From Clostridia bacterium (GTDB lineage Bacteria; Bacillota; Sulfobacillia; JAJZYS01; JAJYTV01), in contig DAIBJA010000023.1 of the NCBI GenBank assembly GCA_027420455.1, forward strand, positions 6,427 to 70,426: 64,000 bases of DNA, given 5' to 3'. The stretch's first letter is position 1. Each line of letters begins with the position of its first letter. The notes under the pieces were generated by a model that was not told the origin of the DNA, searched no databases, and saw nothing but the letters and a program-made list of their open reading frames with translations. This document shows positions 1 to 9,128 of the stretch, in pieces. Position numbers and translations under genes: made by a program.

Positions 1-278
1 GACGCCGCGACGCGCACGAGATCCTCGTGCAGGCGGCGGAACGACGCGATCTGCGACGCGCCCGTCACCACCGCCTGCGCACCGGGCCGTTCGTAGAGCG
101 TCACCTGCACGACCGAGGCCGGCTGCAGCAGGCCCGCGAGGCGGCTCTTCGCCTTGCGTGCGCCAGGCACGCGGGCCTGGCAGCGCCCCTGTGGCGTGAG
201 GAGCGAGAGGCGGCGGTCCGCCTCCCGCAGATCCTGCGAGCGCAGCACCACGGCCTGGGTCTCGCGGTAGCCGCTCAC
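1..278 (-). CDS. recO: DNA repair protein RecO, N-terminal part (gene runs off the window start)
   Basis: Minus-strand translation from GTG at 276-278 reads VSGYRETQAVVLRSQDLREADRRLSLLTPQGRCQARVPGARKAKSRLAGLLQP. This fits the RecO N-terminal pattern (..VLR...E.D....LT..G....ARGARK..SRL). The start overlaps the dgkA stop (GTGA). Confidence 0.75.
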   Translation of the reverse strand, partial: MSGYRETQAVVLRSQDLREADRRLSLLTPQGRCQARVPGARKAKSRLAGLLQPASVVQVTLYERPGAQAVVTGASQIASFRRLHEDLVRVAA

Positions 279-730
279 CTCTTCATCCCATGCTGGTGCA
301 CGGGCGGCCGGAACGTGAGCCACAGCGCCAGGAGAAGGGCGATGAGGCCGGCGATCAGCGGCAGGCTCTGCAGTACCGCGAGAAGCAGGTGGAGCCCGGG
401 CCAGAGGATGGCGAACCCGATCGCCGCAGCACCCGCCGAGCCGATCAGCACGGCACCGGCCGCGGCGTCCTTGGCCGCGGCGGCCAAGGCTTCCTGGCGC
501 GTCCCCACCGTGAGGTCCACGGCCCGCTCGACCGCCGTGTTGACGAGCTCGAGCGCCAGCACGAGCGCGATCGCCAGGATGAGCACGGCCCATGCCACGG
601 CTCCGAGCCCCTCGACGGCCGCCAGGTACACCACGATCTCCGCCACCGCGAGGTGGATGCGGATGTTCGACTCCGCTCCGAAGGCGAGCGCGATGCCGCG
701 CAGGGCGAAGCGGAACGCAGCGGGACGCAT
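275..730 (-). CDS. dgkA: Diacylglycerol/undecaprenol kinase (DgkA family, small integral membrane protein)
   Basis: 151-aa ORF with three hydrophobic helices and the motifs ELVNTAVERAVD and AKDAAAGAVL typical of DgkA. Position after ybeY matches Bacillus synteny. Confidence 0.85.
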   Translation of the reverse strand: MRPAAFRFALRGIALAFGAESNIRIHLAVAEIVVYLAAVEGLGAVAWAVLILAIALVLALELVNTAVERAVDLTVGTRQEALAAAAKDAAAGAVLIGSAGAAAIGFAILWPGLHLLLAVLQSLPLIAGLIALLLALWLTFRPPVHQHGMKR

Positions 731-1170
731 CAGCGCGTGATGCCGAGGGACGACAGGACCTCTTCCTGCAGGCGCTGCATCTCTGCATCCTCCGCGGGCG
801 TCATGTGGTCATAGCCCAGGAGATGCAGTGTGCCGTGCACCACGAGGAAGCTCATCTCGCGCAGGAGGCTGTGCCCGTACTCCTGAGCCTGCTGCTGGGC
901 CATGGGGGCCGAAACGATGATGTCGCCCAGGAGGCAGGGCTCCTTTGGCCTCTCCTCCTCCAGGGGAAAACTGAGCACGTCGGTCGTGCGGTCGACGCCG
1001 CGATAACGCAGATTGAGCTCGTGCATCTCGCGATCATCCACGATGCTCAGAGAAACCTCGGAGCCCTCGAGCCCCTGTGACTGGAGGCAGGTCTCGATCG
1101 ACAGCTCCATCGCCCTGAGCACGGAGCTTTCGAGAACCACCCCGTCCTGCCGCACCTCGATATCCACCAA
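730..1170 (-). CDS. ybeY: rRNA maturation endoribonuclease YbeY
   Basis: 146 aa with the metal-binding motif HGTLHLLGYDH near the C-terminus. Conserved phoH-pgpH-ybeY-dgkA order. Confidence 0.9.
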   Translation of the reverse strand: MVDIEVRQDGVVLESSVLRAMELSIETCLQSQGLEGSEVSLSIVDDREMHELNLRYRGVDRTTDVLSFPLEEERPKEPCLLGDIIVSAPMAQQQAQEYGHSLLREMSFLVVHGTLHLLGYDHMTPAEDAEMQRLQEEVLSSLGITR

Positions 1171-1208
1171 ACAGCATCGCGCCCCCTATGGGGCGCTCCC
1201 TCCCATTC

Positions 1209-3284
1209 CTAACCGCGCCGGCGCAGAAGCTCCTCGAGCCCCTGGGTCTGATACTCGACGCGCGTGTGGTGCACTGCGCTCAGCACGCGCACGAACGCCT
1301 TGCCGATCAGGTCGAGGTCGCGCAGGGTCAGGTCGGTCTCATCGAGCTGCCCTTCGTAGAGCCGCTCCTGGATGAGCCGCTTGATGGTCGCCTCGATCCC
1401 GCCTGTGGTGCGGCCGCGCATGGCGCGCACCGCAGCCTCGCAGGTGTCCGCCAGCATCAGGACGCCGGTCTCACGGCTCTGCGGCTTCGGCCCCGGATAT
1501 CGGAAGTCCTCCTCGCGCGGCGGGTTCTCGGGATGCGCTTCCTTTGCCTTTTGGTAGAAGTACTGCACGAGGGTCGTGCCGTGATGCTCCGCGATGAACC
1601 GCCAGAGGTCGCGGGGCAGCCTGTATTCCTGTGCCAGCTCGAGTCCGTCCTTGACGTGCGACGTGATGACGAGCGTCGACAGCATCGGCGACAGCTTGTC
1701 GTGCGGGTTCTCCATGTCGGTCTGGTTGTCGATGAAGAAGTACGGCCGGCGCATCTTGCCGATGTCGTGGTAGAAGGCGCCGACGCGCGTCAGGAGGCTC
1801 TGGGCGCCGATCGCGTCGCAGCCGGCGCCGGCGAGGTTCGAGACGACGAGCGAGTGGTAGTAGGTGCCCGGCGCCTCGAGCAGGAGCCGCCGCAGCAGCG
1901 TCTGGCTCGGAGACGAGAGCTCGAGGAGCCTGAGGCTCGTCAGGACGCCGAAACCGTTCTCGAGCAGAGGCGCGGCCGCGAGCGGCGCACCGACGGAGAT
2001 CAGGCTGCCGATGACGATCCAGCCGATCGAGGGCCAGAAGGTGGGATCGGGTGCGAAGGGCGCGCCGAGCAGTTCCAGCGTGCCGAGCGTCAGGACGCCG
2101 CTCAGCACGACGACGCCGCCGGCCTTGAGCAGCTGGTTGCGGTCGGCGAGGCGCTGCACGGCGAGGGCGCCGACGAACGTCTGCACGGCGAGCACCACGG
2201 TGGCATGCGGGTCGACCCCGAAGGCGGCCTGGAGCACCAGCCCGGCGACCAGGCCGATGCCAAGGCCGATGCGCGCGTCGAAGAGCATGGCCCCGAGGAC
2301 CGCTACGGCCGCAAGCGGCACGAGGTAGGGCGAGACGAGGAGTGCGAGGCGGGAGAGCACAAGCTCGCCCAGGAAGAGCACCATGATGAGCCCGACGTTC
2401 GACTCGTCGCGCATCTGATGCGGGAAGAAGCGGTTCACGTAGGCAAGCAGGACGGCGAGCGCCGCCGCTGCCAGCACGAGCGCACCGGCGAGCGCAGGCC
2501 AGTTCTGCTGGCCGTTCAGGAGGCCGTACTGGCGCAGGATGGCGATGTCCGACGTCGTCACGCGCGCGCCGCGCTGGACCAGGAGCTGCCCCTGCTCGAT
2601 GACCGGCTGCGGCACCGCCGCCACGGCCCGGCTCCTGGCCAGGGCCGTCTCGGAAGCCGACACGCGCATGTTCGGGGTGGTCGCCTGGCGCTCCACCGCC
2701 GTGAGGAAGTAGGTCTCGGCCGCCTGGCTGAGCCCGAGCGACTCCACCGCCAGCGACAGGGCGTCGCGCTCGGCGGCGAGCTGCGACGGCTGGTAGTTGG
2801 CCTGCTGGAGCACGCGCGACGCCACCGCCGACGCCAAGTGCTGCAGGTTGGTCAGCTCCTGCGGCGTGTGGGCCAGGATCTGCGTGATGTCGGCCTGCGG
2901 CAGGGATATCCCCACCTGCTCGGTCCAGGCGGCCTGCGCCGCGGAGGGCGACGTGCCCTTGGGCAGGCTCTGCTGGAGGCCGATGACGGTCGTGAAGACG
3001 GAGCTGATGCGGCTCTCCATGTTGGGCAGGGCCTTCTGGTCGGTGACGTAGATCGGCTGCACCGACCTGAGCGCCTGCGCCTTGAGCTGCTGGTAGAGGG
3101 GCTGGTTCATCTCGCGCCTCGGGGCGTAGACGTCCCTTGACGCGATCTCGCCCGCATGAAGAGAGACCTGTCCCGTCAGCAGGCCGCTCAAGAGAAGCAT
3201 GGTCGTCGCGAGAAAGCCGCCTATGATCCAGCCCAGCCTGCGATGCCCGACCGCCTGGTACCAGAGGCTCAGACGGCGCGCCAT
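1209..3284 (-). CDS. pgpH: 7TM receptor with intracellular HD hydrolase (PgpH/YqfF-type cyclic-di-AMP phosphodiesterase family)
   Basis: 691 aa: N-terminal extracellular region, a multi-helix membrane block, and a C-terminal HD domain (GAFYHDIGKMRRPYFF, ITSHVKDG). Lies between phoH and ybeY as in Bacillus. Confidence 0.85.
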   Translation of the reverse strand: MARRLSLWYQAVGHRRLGWIIGGFLATTMLLLSGLLTGQVSLHAGEIASRDVYAPRREMNQPLYQQLKAQALRSVQPIYVTDQKALPNMESRISSVFTTVIGLQQSLPKGTSPSAAQAAWTEQVGISLPQADITQILAHTPQELTNLQHLASAVASRVLQQANYQPSQLAAERDALSLAVESLGLSQAAETYFLTAVERQATTPNMRVSASETALARSRAVAAVPQPVIEQGQLLVQRGARVTTSDIAILRQYGLLNGQQNWPALAGALVLAAAALAVLLAYVNRFFPHQMRDESNVGLIMVLFLGELVLSRLALLVSPYLVPLAAVAVLGAMLFDARIGLGIGLVAGLVLQAAFGVDPHATVVLAVQTFVGALAVQRLADRNQLLKAGGVVVLSGVLTLGTLELLGAPFAPDPTFWPSIGWIVIGSLISVGAPLAAAPLLENGFGVLTSLRLLELSSPSQTLLRRLLLEAPGTYYHSLVVSNLAGAGCDAIGAQSLLTRVGAFYHDIGKMRRPYFFIDNQTDMENPHDKLSPMLSTLVITSHVKDGLELAQEYRLPRDLWRFIAEHHGTTLVQYFYQKAKEAHPENPPREEDFRYPGPKPQSRETGVLMLADTCEAAVRAMRGRTTGGIEATIKRLIQERLYEGQLDETDLTLRDLDLIGKAFVRVLSAVHHTRVEYQTQGLEELLRRRG

Positions 3285-3302
3285 AGGATCATCTCTCCTG
3301 CC

Positions 3303-4259
3303 TTAGGGGGACTGAGCCCTGAGTTCGTAAGCCTTGATGATCTTCTGCACGAGCTCGTGGCGAACCACGTCCCGGTCGTCGAGCAAGACAAAGGCGATGC
3401 CCTCGATGTCGCGGAGCAGGTTCGCCGCCTCCGCGAGGCCCGAGAACTGGCCTCGCGGCAGGTCCACCTGCGTCACGTCGCCGGTGATCACGGCCTTGGA
3501 GCCGAAGCCCATGCGCGTCAGGAACATCTTCATCTGCTCGGGTGTGGTGTTCTGCGCCTCGTCGAGGATGATGAAGGAGTCGTCGAGGGTGCGGCCGCGC
3601 ATGTAGGCGAGAGGCGCGATTTCGAGGACGGCCCGCTCGCGCAGGCGCTCCACCTGTTCCAGGCCGAGAATGTCGAACAGCGCGTCGTAAAGCGGCCTCA
3701 GATAGGGATCGACCTTGTCCTGCAGATCGCCGGGCAGAAAGCCGAGCTTCTCGCCGGCTTCCACCGCCGGACGCGTCAGGATGATGCGCTGGACCTGCCG
3801 GGCCTTGAGCGATGCAACGGCCATCGCCATCGCGAGGTAGGTCTTGCCGGTGCCGGCCGGGCCGATGCCGAATGCGATGTCATGGGTGCGGATGGCCTCG
3901 ACGTAGGTGCGCTGACCGGCCGTCTTCGGCCGGATGCCCCTGCCGCGCGTGGTGACGACGATGGCCCCCTGCGGCTCGTGGCCGCCTTCCCGCTGCGCGC
4001 TGCGGACCGCCTGGCGCACGTCGCTCAGACCGATGCGGCCGCCTGTCCCCGCCTGCTCGAGAAGCTCGGCGAAGACGCGCAGAACCGCCTCCCTGTCCGC
4101 CTCGGCACCACCGATCAGCACGGCGTTGCCGCGGCTCGCTATCTCGACCGGAAACGCTTCCTGGATCAAGCGAAGGTTCTCGTCCAGGTGACCGAAGATC
4201 TGCTCCGCGGTGCGGTTGTCCGCCACCTCGAAGCGGCTCTCAAAACGCTCGTCGCTCAA
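3303..4259 (-). CDS. phoH: PhoH-like ATPase
   Basis: The C-terminal ~318 aa of the 611-aa track ORF carry Walker [12 protein letters not shown] and FIILDEAQN. The upstream part of that ORF is Arg/Pro-rich junk overlapping yqfD. Proposed start is TTG at 4257-4259, overlapping the yqfD TGA (TTGA). Confidence 0.9.
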   Translation of the reverse strand: MSDERFESRFEVADNRTAEQIFGHLDENLRLIQEAFPVEIASRGNAVLIGGAEADREAVLRVFAELLEQAGTGGRIGLSDVRQAVRSAQREGGHEPQGAIVVTTRGRGIRPKTAGQRTYVEAIRTHDIAFGIGPAGTGKTYLAMAMAVASLKARQVQRIILTRPAVEAGEKLGFLPGDLQDKVDPYLRPLYDALFDILGLEQVERLRERAVLEIAPLAYMRGRTLDDSFIILDEAQNTTPEQMKMFLTRMGFGSKAVITGDVTQVDLPRGQFSGLAEAANLLRDIEGIAFVLLDDRDVVRHELVQKIIKAYELRAQSP

Positions 4260-5377
4260 TCTTGGGTTCTGCCCCCTGCCTTGCCCTGCGCGATATCGGT
4301 CTCGGCCTCGATCGAGACCTCCGCCTGGAGGTTGCCGCCGATCCGTCGCACTTGCGTGCGGAGCGCCAGGAGCGTCGCTCCCGGCATGCTGCGCCTCAGT
4401 GTTGCGAGAGCCAGGGAGGTCGCGCGCAGTTCGGCATAAGTCGAAGTTCGCTCCACCCGGAGCGTACGAAGTTCGACATATGTATAGCGGGCCACTTCGA
4501 CGGACCCGAGTGGAATCCTCCAGACGGAGATTTCGCGCCGGGCGCGCCAAAAGGGCTTCCCAGCCCCCAGTGGCGCCCATTTTCGCCCCCCGAACCACGA
4601 TATATACCAGCGCGTGGCGCGTTGCCCGCTGGCGTAGGTCCGCGCGGTCTGAAGCGGGAATGTGTAGACGATCTTCCGCCAGACCCGGGCGAAGACCTCC
4701 GCGCGACTCTGTCCCCCGTTCGGGGCGACGAGCGGCTCGCCGCGCACCACCGTCTCGCCCGCGTGGACGAGCGGCTGTCCGCGCAGCACGACGACCCGCG
4801 TGACGTACCCGCGCTCCGCGGCGAAGAGCGCGCCCTGCGTGTTTGGCGGCAGGGCCCTGGGCGGCTTCAGGATGGGCGCCGCATAGATCGTCGCACGCAC
4901 GCCGTCCACGCGCACGGCGGCAAACATCAGGCCGGGCACCGCGACCGCCAGCGTCTGTCCGAGGCGGTAGGGGTCGAGGCTCGCCCTGGGAGCGCCCTGG
5001 TGCAGACCGACCTTGCGTGCCGCGGCAAGGATCTGCGCCTTCGGGATGCCGTCGGGCCCCACCACCGAGACCTGCCAGACGAAGCTCGACGCGGCGAGAT
5101 AGAGCGTGAGCGCCGCGAGGGGCCAGAGCAGGCGCCATGGCCGCCGCCGCAGCGAGCGCAGCATGAGCGGCCAGCCGCCATGGCCGAGCACCCGCAGGCG
5201 GCCCCTGCCGTGGAGCTCGCGGCGCAGCGGCGGCAGACCCCCTAGCGGAACGTCGAACTCGAGGCCACCCGAGCGCTCCTTGATGCGTCGCGCCGAGGTG
5301 CCGCTCGTGGCGATCGCCTGCCAGAGCTCCTCGGTGCGGCCGCTGTACGCGAGCCGCAGCCAGATGTCCTCAGCCAC
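4256..5377 (-). CDS. yqfD: Sporulation protein YqfD (stage IV-type)
   Basis: 373 aa with one N-terminal TM helix and the YqfD-like layout, in the conserved yqfC-yqfD-phoH order. Confidence 0.75.
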   Translation of the reverse strand: MAEDIWLRLAYSGRTEELWQAIATSGTSARRIKERSGGLEFDVPLGGLPPLRRELHGRGRLRVLGHGGWPLMLRSLRRRPWRLLWPLAALTLYLAASSFVWQVSVVGPDGIPKAQILAAARKVGLHQGAPRASLDPYRLGQTLAVAVPGLMFAAVRVDGVRATIYAAPILKPPRALPPNTQGALFAAERGYVTRVVVLRGQPLVHAGETVVRGEPLVAPNGGQSRAEVFARVWRKIVYTFPLQTARTYASGQRATRWYISWFGGRKWAPLGAGKPFWRARREISVWRIPLGSVEVARYTYVELRTLRVERTSTYAELRATSLALATLRRSMPGATLLALRTQVRRIGGNLQAEVSIEAETDIAQGKAGGRTQD

Positions 5378-5639
5378 GCTGGTAGCGCATCCCTTCGATG
5401 CGCCCGGTAACGAGGATGGCGTCGCGATCGACCGCGCCCACCGTCAGTTCCTGCCCCCAGATCTCGAGCGGACCGATCCTGGTCGCCACGATCGCGACGC
5501 CGTCCTTGAACGAGCGGACGCCGAGGTGATTTTCTACGAGCACCTGCAGGTTGCCGATGCAGCGAAGCTGCGGCAGATCGAGGCTGGCCGCCTCGGGCAG
5601 GTCAAGCCAGCGTCCCAGGCCGAGACGCAGGTCGGCCAT
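5370..5639 (-). CDS. yqfC: Sporulation protein YqfC
   Basis: 89 aa from ATG at 5637-5639: MADLRLGLGRWLDLPEAASLDLPQLRCIGNLQVLVENHLGVRSFKDG...GRIEGMRY. Typical YqfC pattern. The rest of the 647-aa track ORF is an artefact. Confidence 0.75.
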   Translation of the reverse strand: MADLRLGLGRWLDLPEAASLDLPQLRCIGNLQVLVENHLGVRSFKDGVAIVATRIGPLEIWGQELTVGAVDRDAILVTGRIEGMRYQRG

Positions 5640-5741
5640 GGCAGAGGCCCCCCTTGCCCACCGTCTCGCATGGAGGGTATGCCGGGCCACGCTCCGCCAT
5701 GTCCTGGCGGGTCCCTTGCCGGAACCTCTAGAATAGAGGAC

Positions 5742-6224
5742 ATGGCGACTGAGCCGAAATCGTCCATGGGAGTGACGACCATGCAGAAGTTTCCGCCGAT
5801 CGCTTCCGTTGCCGCCAAGGGCCCGCTCGGCGTTGTGCAGCTGCCCCGCCTCTGGAGCAAGGTGCTTCTGGATCAGAAGGGTCTCCTGGCGGACGGCTAC
5901 TACCCCTGCGGTCAGGGTTTCGACAAGGTGGTGCTGGAGGGCCTCGGCCTCGACCGCGAAGAGGTGCTCCAGTATCTCACCTCCGAAATGCCCACCTACG
6001 CCCAGTTCGAGTCCTGGGTGGTCGGGAAGCTCGGCGGCCTCGTGCCGCAGGAGAAGATCGACAAGGTGAACGAGTACATCCTCGGTCGCGAGTTCCCGCA
6101 GGAGCGCGCCGAGACCATCCTCGCGAACAGCGGCTTCCCCAAGGAGACCCCCATCACACACGGCGCCGTGCTGAACCAGCTCGACGACTGGCAGGAGTTC
6201 CACCGCTACCTGACCCAGGGCTGA
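5742..6224 (+). CDS. Conserved hypothetical protein, DUF5069-like
   Basis: ATG at 5742 follows AGAGGA. The segment LGVVQLPRLWSKVLLDQKGLLADGYYPCGQGFDKVVLEGLGLDREEVLQYL resembles the DUF5069 pattern as I recall it (LGG.V.LPRMLDK......EY.Y.C.LD..F..F.GID.E.L). Confidence 0.5.
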   Translation: MATEPKSSMGVTTMQKFPPIASVAAKGPLGVVQLPRLWSKVLLDQKGLLADGYYPCGQGFDKVVLEGLGLDREEVLQYLTSEMPTYAQFESWVVGKLGGLVPQEKIDKVNEYILGREFPQERAETILANSGFPKETPITHGAVLNQLDDWQEFHRYLTQG

Positions 6225-6473
6225 CAGGACTGCAGGGAGGGCGGTACCGCCGTGGTGGCGATGCGCCCATAGAGCGGCGCCTCCGATCTGCGCCGCAGGC
6301 AGGAGCTCTCGAGCCAGAGCCGGTCCCCCTGACGGCGCTTTCATGTCGGCGATCTGGCCTGGGGTCGCCTCCAACGTCGGGCGGCACCCCTGCGGCTCTG
6401 CGAGGGACTCCGCTTCCGCCCGGCCGCCCCAGCGCGACGCTGCGCGAGGGCGAGGCCCGCTAGGAGGACAACG

Positions 6474-7082
6474 ATGATCAAGTGGCGGGGAGCCAGCTTT
6501 CAAGACCGGAGCTTCCGAACGGAAGACCTCTGCGGCGCCATGCTCGACGATTGCCAGTTCGAGCGTTGCGACTTCGCGAGCACGCGCTGGACGGAAGCCG
6601 CGCTCCGCGACTGCAGCTTCAGCGCTTGCGCCTTCCGGGGCACCGACCTGAGCGGCATCGACGCCAGCGCATGCTCCTTCCTCAACTGCGACTTCCGCGG
6701 CGCGACGGCGCTCCTGGGCGGCGTCCTGCGGGAGTGCCGCATGACGGGGAGCTCCTTCGCCGAGGCAGATCTCCCCGGCCTCGAAATCGCCGGCGGCGAC
6801 TGGTCGCTGACATCGCTCGCCGGCCTCGACCTGCGCCAGAGGCATCTTGGCGCCCTGCGCCTCAGGGAGGCGGACCTCGCGCGCTGCAATCTCATGAAGG
6901 CCGACCTTCGGGGCGCGGACCTGCGCCAGGCGCTCCTCGCCGGTGCGAAGCTGCGTGGCGCCGACCTGCGCGGCGCGAACCTCGAGGGCGTAGATCTGAG
7001 CGGCCTCGATCTCCACGGCGTCCGGCTCGATCTCGACGGAGCCGCCGCGCTCGCCCGCTCCCTCGGCGCCATCCTCGACTAG
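6474..7082 (+). CDS. Pentapeptide-repeat protein (Qnr/MfpA/McbG size class)
   Basis: 202 aa made almost entirely of A(D/N)LxX pentapeptides (ADLRGADLRQALLAGAKLRGADLRGANLEGVDLSGLDL). AGGAGG lies 6 nt upstream of the ATG. Confidence 0.85.
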   Translation: MIKWRGASFQDRSFRTEDLCGAMLDDCQFERCDFASTRWTEAALRDCSFSACAFRGTDLSGIDASACSFLNCDFRGATALLGGVLRECRMTGSSFAEADLPGLEIAGGDWSLTSLAGLDLRQRHLGALRLREADLARCNLMKADLRGADLRQALLAGAKLRGADLRGANLEGVDLSGLDLHGVRLDLDGAAALARSLGAILD

Positions 7083-7118
7083 CGGCCCGCGCGGGCGCCG
7101 TCCCCTGACAAGACCCAG

Positions 7119-7158
7119 GACTGCCGCTCGCGGCCGAAGCCGCCAGCGGCAGTCTTTG
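7119..7158 (+). terminator. GC-rich hairpin terminator after the pentapeptide gene
   Basis: gactgccgct...agcggcagtc forms a 10-bp outer stem with an inner gcggc/gccgc stem, followed by TTTG. It lies between convergent genes. Confidence 0.6.
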
Positions 7159-7197
7159 CATGTCATCAGGCCGCGGCGGAGGTGTGGACGGGTCTCG

Positions 7198-7992
7198 TCA
7201 ACGCCTGGTGGCGAGTACCACCTCGTAGACGGTACGCCAGGAAACCTCGCCGCCGTAGCGGCTCTCGACCAGCTCCGCGAGATCCGCGAGGAAACCAGCG
7301 CGGGACGCGCCATCGAGGCCGAGGATGAGCGAATCGGTCTGCAGCAGGCCGATATACGACTCGGTCGTGTACCGCCTCGTCGCGTCGAAGCGGTGCCGCT
7401 TCACCGAGGCGTACTCCGGCCGGGCGTCGAGTTCTTGATACATGGCCGGCAGATCGTCCGGCGACGGCGGCAGCCACAGGGGATCATCGCCGAGTCCCCA
7501 GCGGACGTAGCACCGGCTCGTATCGCGGAAGAAGCCGGGATTGCCGTCCAGCACGTGATGCGGGTGCACCAGAGCCAGAACCCCTCCGCTGCGCAGCGCC
7601 TGTGCCGCCTTGGTGGAACGCACGTCGGGGTCTAGCCAGTGGAACGCGGTCGCGCAGACGACGACGTCGAACGGGCTCTCTGGCAGGGGCCAGGTCTCGA
7701 ACGTCGCCACCTCGACCTGCACGCCAGGAAAGCGGGCCAAGTTGCGCCGCGCGATCGCGGCGAGGTCCGCTCCCATCTCAACGGCGGTCAACTGTGCCCC
7801 GGTAGCGGCGAGCGGTACGCTGAGCTGTCCCGTTCCGCAGCCGATCTCAAGGACCCTGCGTCCGGATGCGATGTGCGCCTCCGCCACGACATCCGCCACT
7901 ACCACGTCCGGGTAGGCAAGGCGATACGCCGCGTAGAGCTCCGCCACAGTGTTGAACGACTCGCGCCTGCGGCGCGGATCCATGTCGGGCAT
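7198..7992 (-). CDS. Class I SAM-dependent methyltransferase
   Basis: Motif I VLEIGCGTGQLSVPLA. Start chosen at ATG 7990-7992 (MPDMDPRRR...). Confidence 0.75.
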   Translation of the reverse strand: MPDMDPRRRRESFNTVAELYAAYRLAYPDVVVADVVAEAHIASGRRVLEIGCGTGQLSVPLAATGAQLTAVEMGADLAAIARRNLARFPGVQVEVATFETWPLPESPFDVVVCATAFHWLDPDVRSTKAAQALRSGGVLALVHPHHVLDGNPGFFRDTSRCYVRWGLGDDPLWLPPSPDDLPAMYQELDARPEYASVKRHRFDATRRYTTESYIGLLQTDSLILGLDGASRAGFLADLAELVESRYGGEVSWRTVYEVVLATRR

Positions 7993-8065
7993 CGAATCCC
8001 CCCTGGCCGCGGCATGGCTCCTTGTCCAAGAAAAAGGGGCCGGCCGCACGACCGGACCCCTCGCT

Positions 8066-8515
8066 CTATCCGCCCAGAAGCCGCTTCGCCGTCTCCTGCA
8101 CCAGCCGCCCGTCGGCCCTGCCGCGCAGCGCCTGCATCACGGGCCCCATCACCTTGCCGATGTCGCGCATTCCCTGAGCGCCCGAGGCAGCGATCTGGGC
8201 GCGCAGGGCCTCCTCGACCTCCTCGGGGCTCGCCCGCTGCGGCAGGTACTCCTCCAGCCAGCGGATCTCCTGGCGCATCTTCTCGACGAGGTCCCCGCGC
8301 CCGCCCCGCTCGTAGTCGGGCAGGACATCCTGGCGCGAGCGCACCTCGCGGGCGAGCACATCGACGACTTCCTCGTCCGTCAGCTCGCGCCGAAGCTCGA
8401 TCTCCCGGTTCTTCACGGCCGCCATCGCGACGCGAAGCACGGAGAGGCGGGCCTTGCCCGCCTCCCGCGCCTTGAGCGCCGTGCGCATGTCATCGTTCAG
8501 ACGTTCCCTGAGCAC
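8066..8515 (-). CDS. yqeY: GatB/YqeY domain protein
   Basis: 149 aa: MLRERLNDDMRTALKAREAGKARLSVLR...GKVMGPVM. Classical YqeY sequence, located next to rpsU. Confidence 0.85.
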   Translation of the reverse strand: MLRERLNDDMRTALKAREAGKARLSVLRVAMAAVKNREIELRRELTDEEVVDVLAREVRSRQDVLPDYERGGRGDLVEKMRQEIRWLEEYLPQRASPEEVEEALRAQIAASGAQGMRDIGKVMGPVMQALRGRADGRLVQETAKRLLGG

Positions 8516-8533
8516 GAAGCTCCCTCCACGATC

Positions 8534-8710
8534 TCAACCGTGCTTGCGCTTGCGCGCCGCCTCGGACTTCTTCTTGCGCCTTACACTCGGCTTCTCGTAG
8601 TGTTCCCGCTTGCGAACTTCGGAAAGCACTCCAGCGCGTTGGCACTGGCGCTTAAAGCGGCGGAGAGCTTGGTCCAAGGTCTCGCCCTTGCCGACCTTGA
8701 CTTCGGACAT
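8534..8710 (-). CDS. rpsU: 30S ribosomal protein S21
   Basis: Not in the ORF track because it is 58 aa. Hand translation: [71 protein letters not shown] lies upstream. Confidence 0.9.
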   Translation of the reverse strand: MSEVKVGKGETLDQALRRFKRQCQRAGVLSEVRKREHYEKPSVRRKKKSEAARKRKHG

Positions 8711-8746
8711 TATGTCACCCTCCCCTCCGACATCGCCAATTTGGTT

Positions 8747-8775
8747 ATTCTAGACAAGAATTTCGGCAGCGTCAA
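8747..8775 (-). promoter_or_regulatory. Sigma-A type promoter of rpsU
   Basis: Minus strand reads TTGACG, a 17-nt spacer, then TAGAAT. The -35 abuts the hit stop codon. Confidence 0.6.
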
Positions 8776-9126
8776 CTACCCCGGCGGCCAAACCATCTGC
8801 CGTCCGCCCAACACGTGGAGGTGCAGATGGGAGACTGTCTGCCCGCCCTCGGAGCCCGAGTTGACGACGAGCCGGTATCCTGAAGGCCATATTCGCCGCT
8901 CGGCCGCAAGCTCCTGCGCCGCGGCCGCGAGTCGCGCGACAATGCCGATCTCGTCCTTCGGCACATCCTGCAGCGACGGGTAGTGGCGCCGCGGGATGAC
9001 GAGGATGTGCGTCGGCGCCTGCGGATTTAGATCCTCAAAGGCGACGACATCCTCATCCTCGTAGATCAGCTTCGTACCGAGCTCGCCCCGCGCGATCGCA
9101 CAGAAGATGCAGTCCACGCCATCCAC
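8776..9126 (-). CDS. hit: HIT-family nucleotide hydrolase (histidine triad)
   Basis: 116 aa with the triad motif HLHLHVLGG. Confidence 0.9.
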   Translation of the reverse strand: MDGVDCIFCAIARGELGTKLIYEDEDVVAFEDLNPQAPTHILVIPRRHYPSLQDVPKDEIGIVARLAAAAQELAAERRIWPSGYRLVVNSGSEGGQTVSHLHLHVLGGRQMVWPPG

Positions 9127-9128
9127 TC

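Noticed and set aside
1188-3140. 650-aa ORF on the plus strand opposite pgpH. Similar very long ORFs include 25605-28028 (807 aa), 38902-40545, 52159-53880, 58536-60419 and 61599-62756.
   Set aside because: They lie antisense to, or out of frame with, genes that have clear family signatures. Their translations are dominated by Arg/Ala/Gly/Pro/Glu/Asp runs with no motifs and no SD. Long spurious ORFs are expected in DNA this GC-rich because stop codons are rare.
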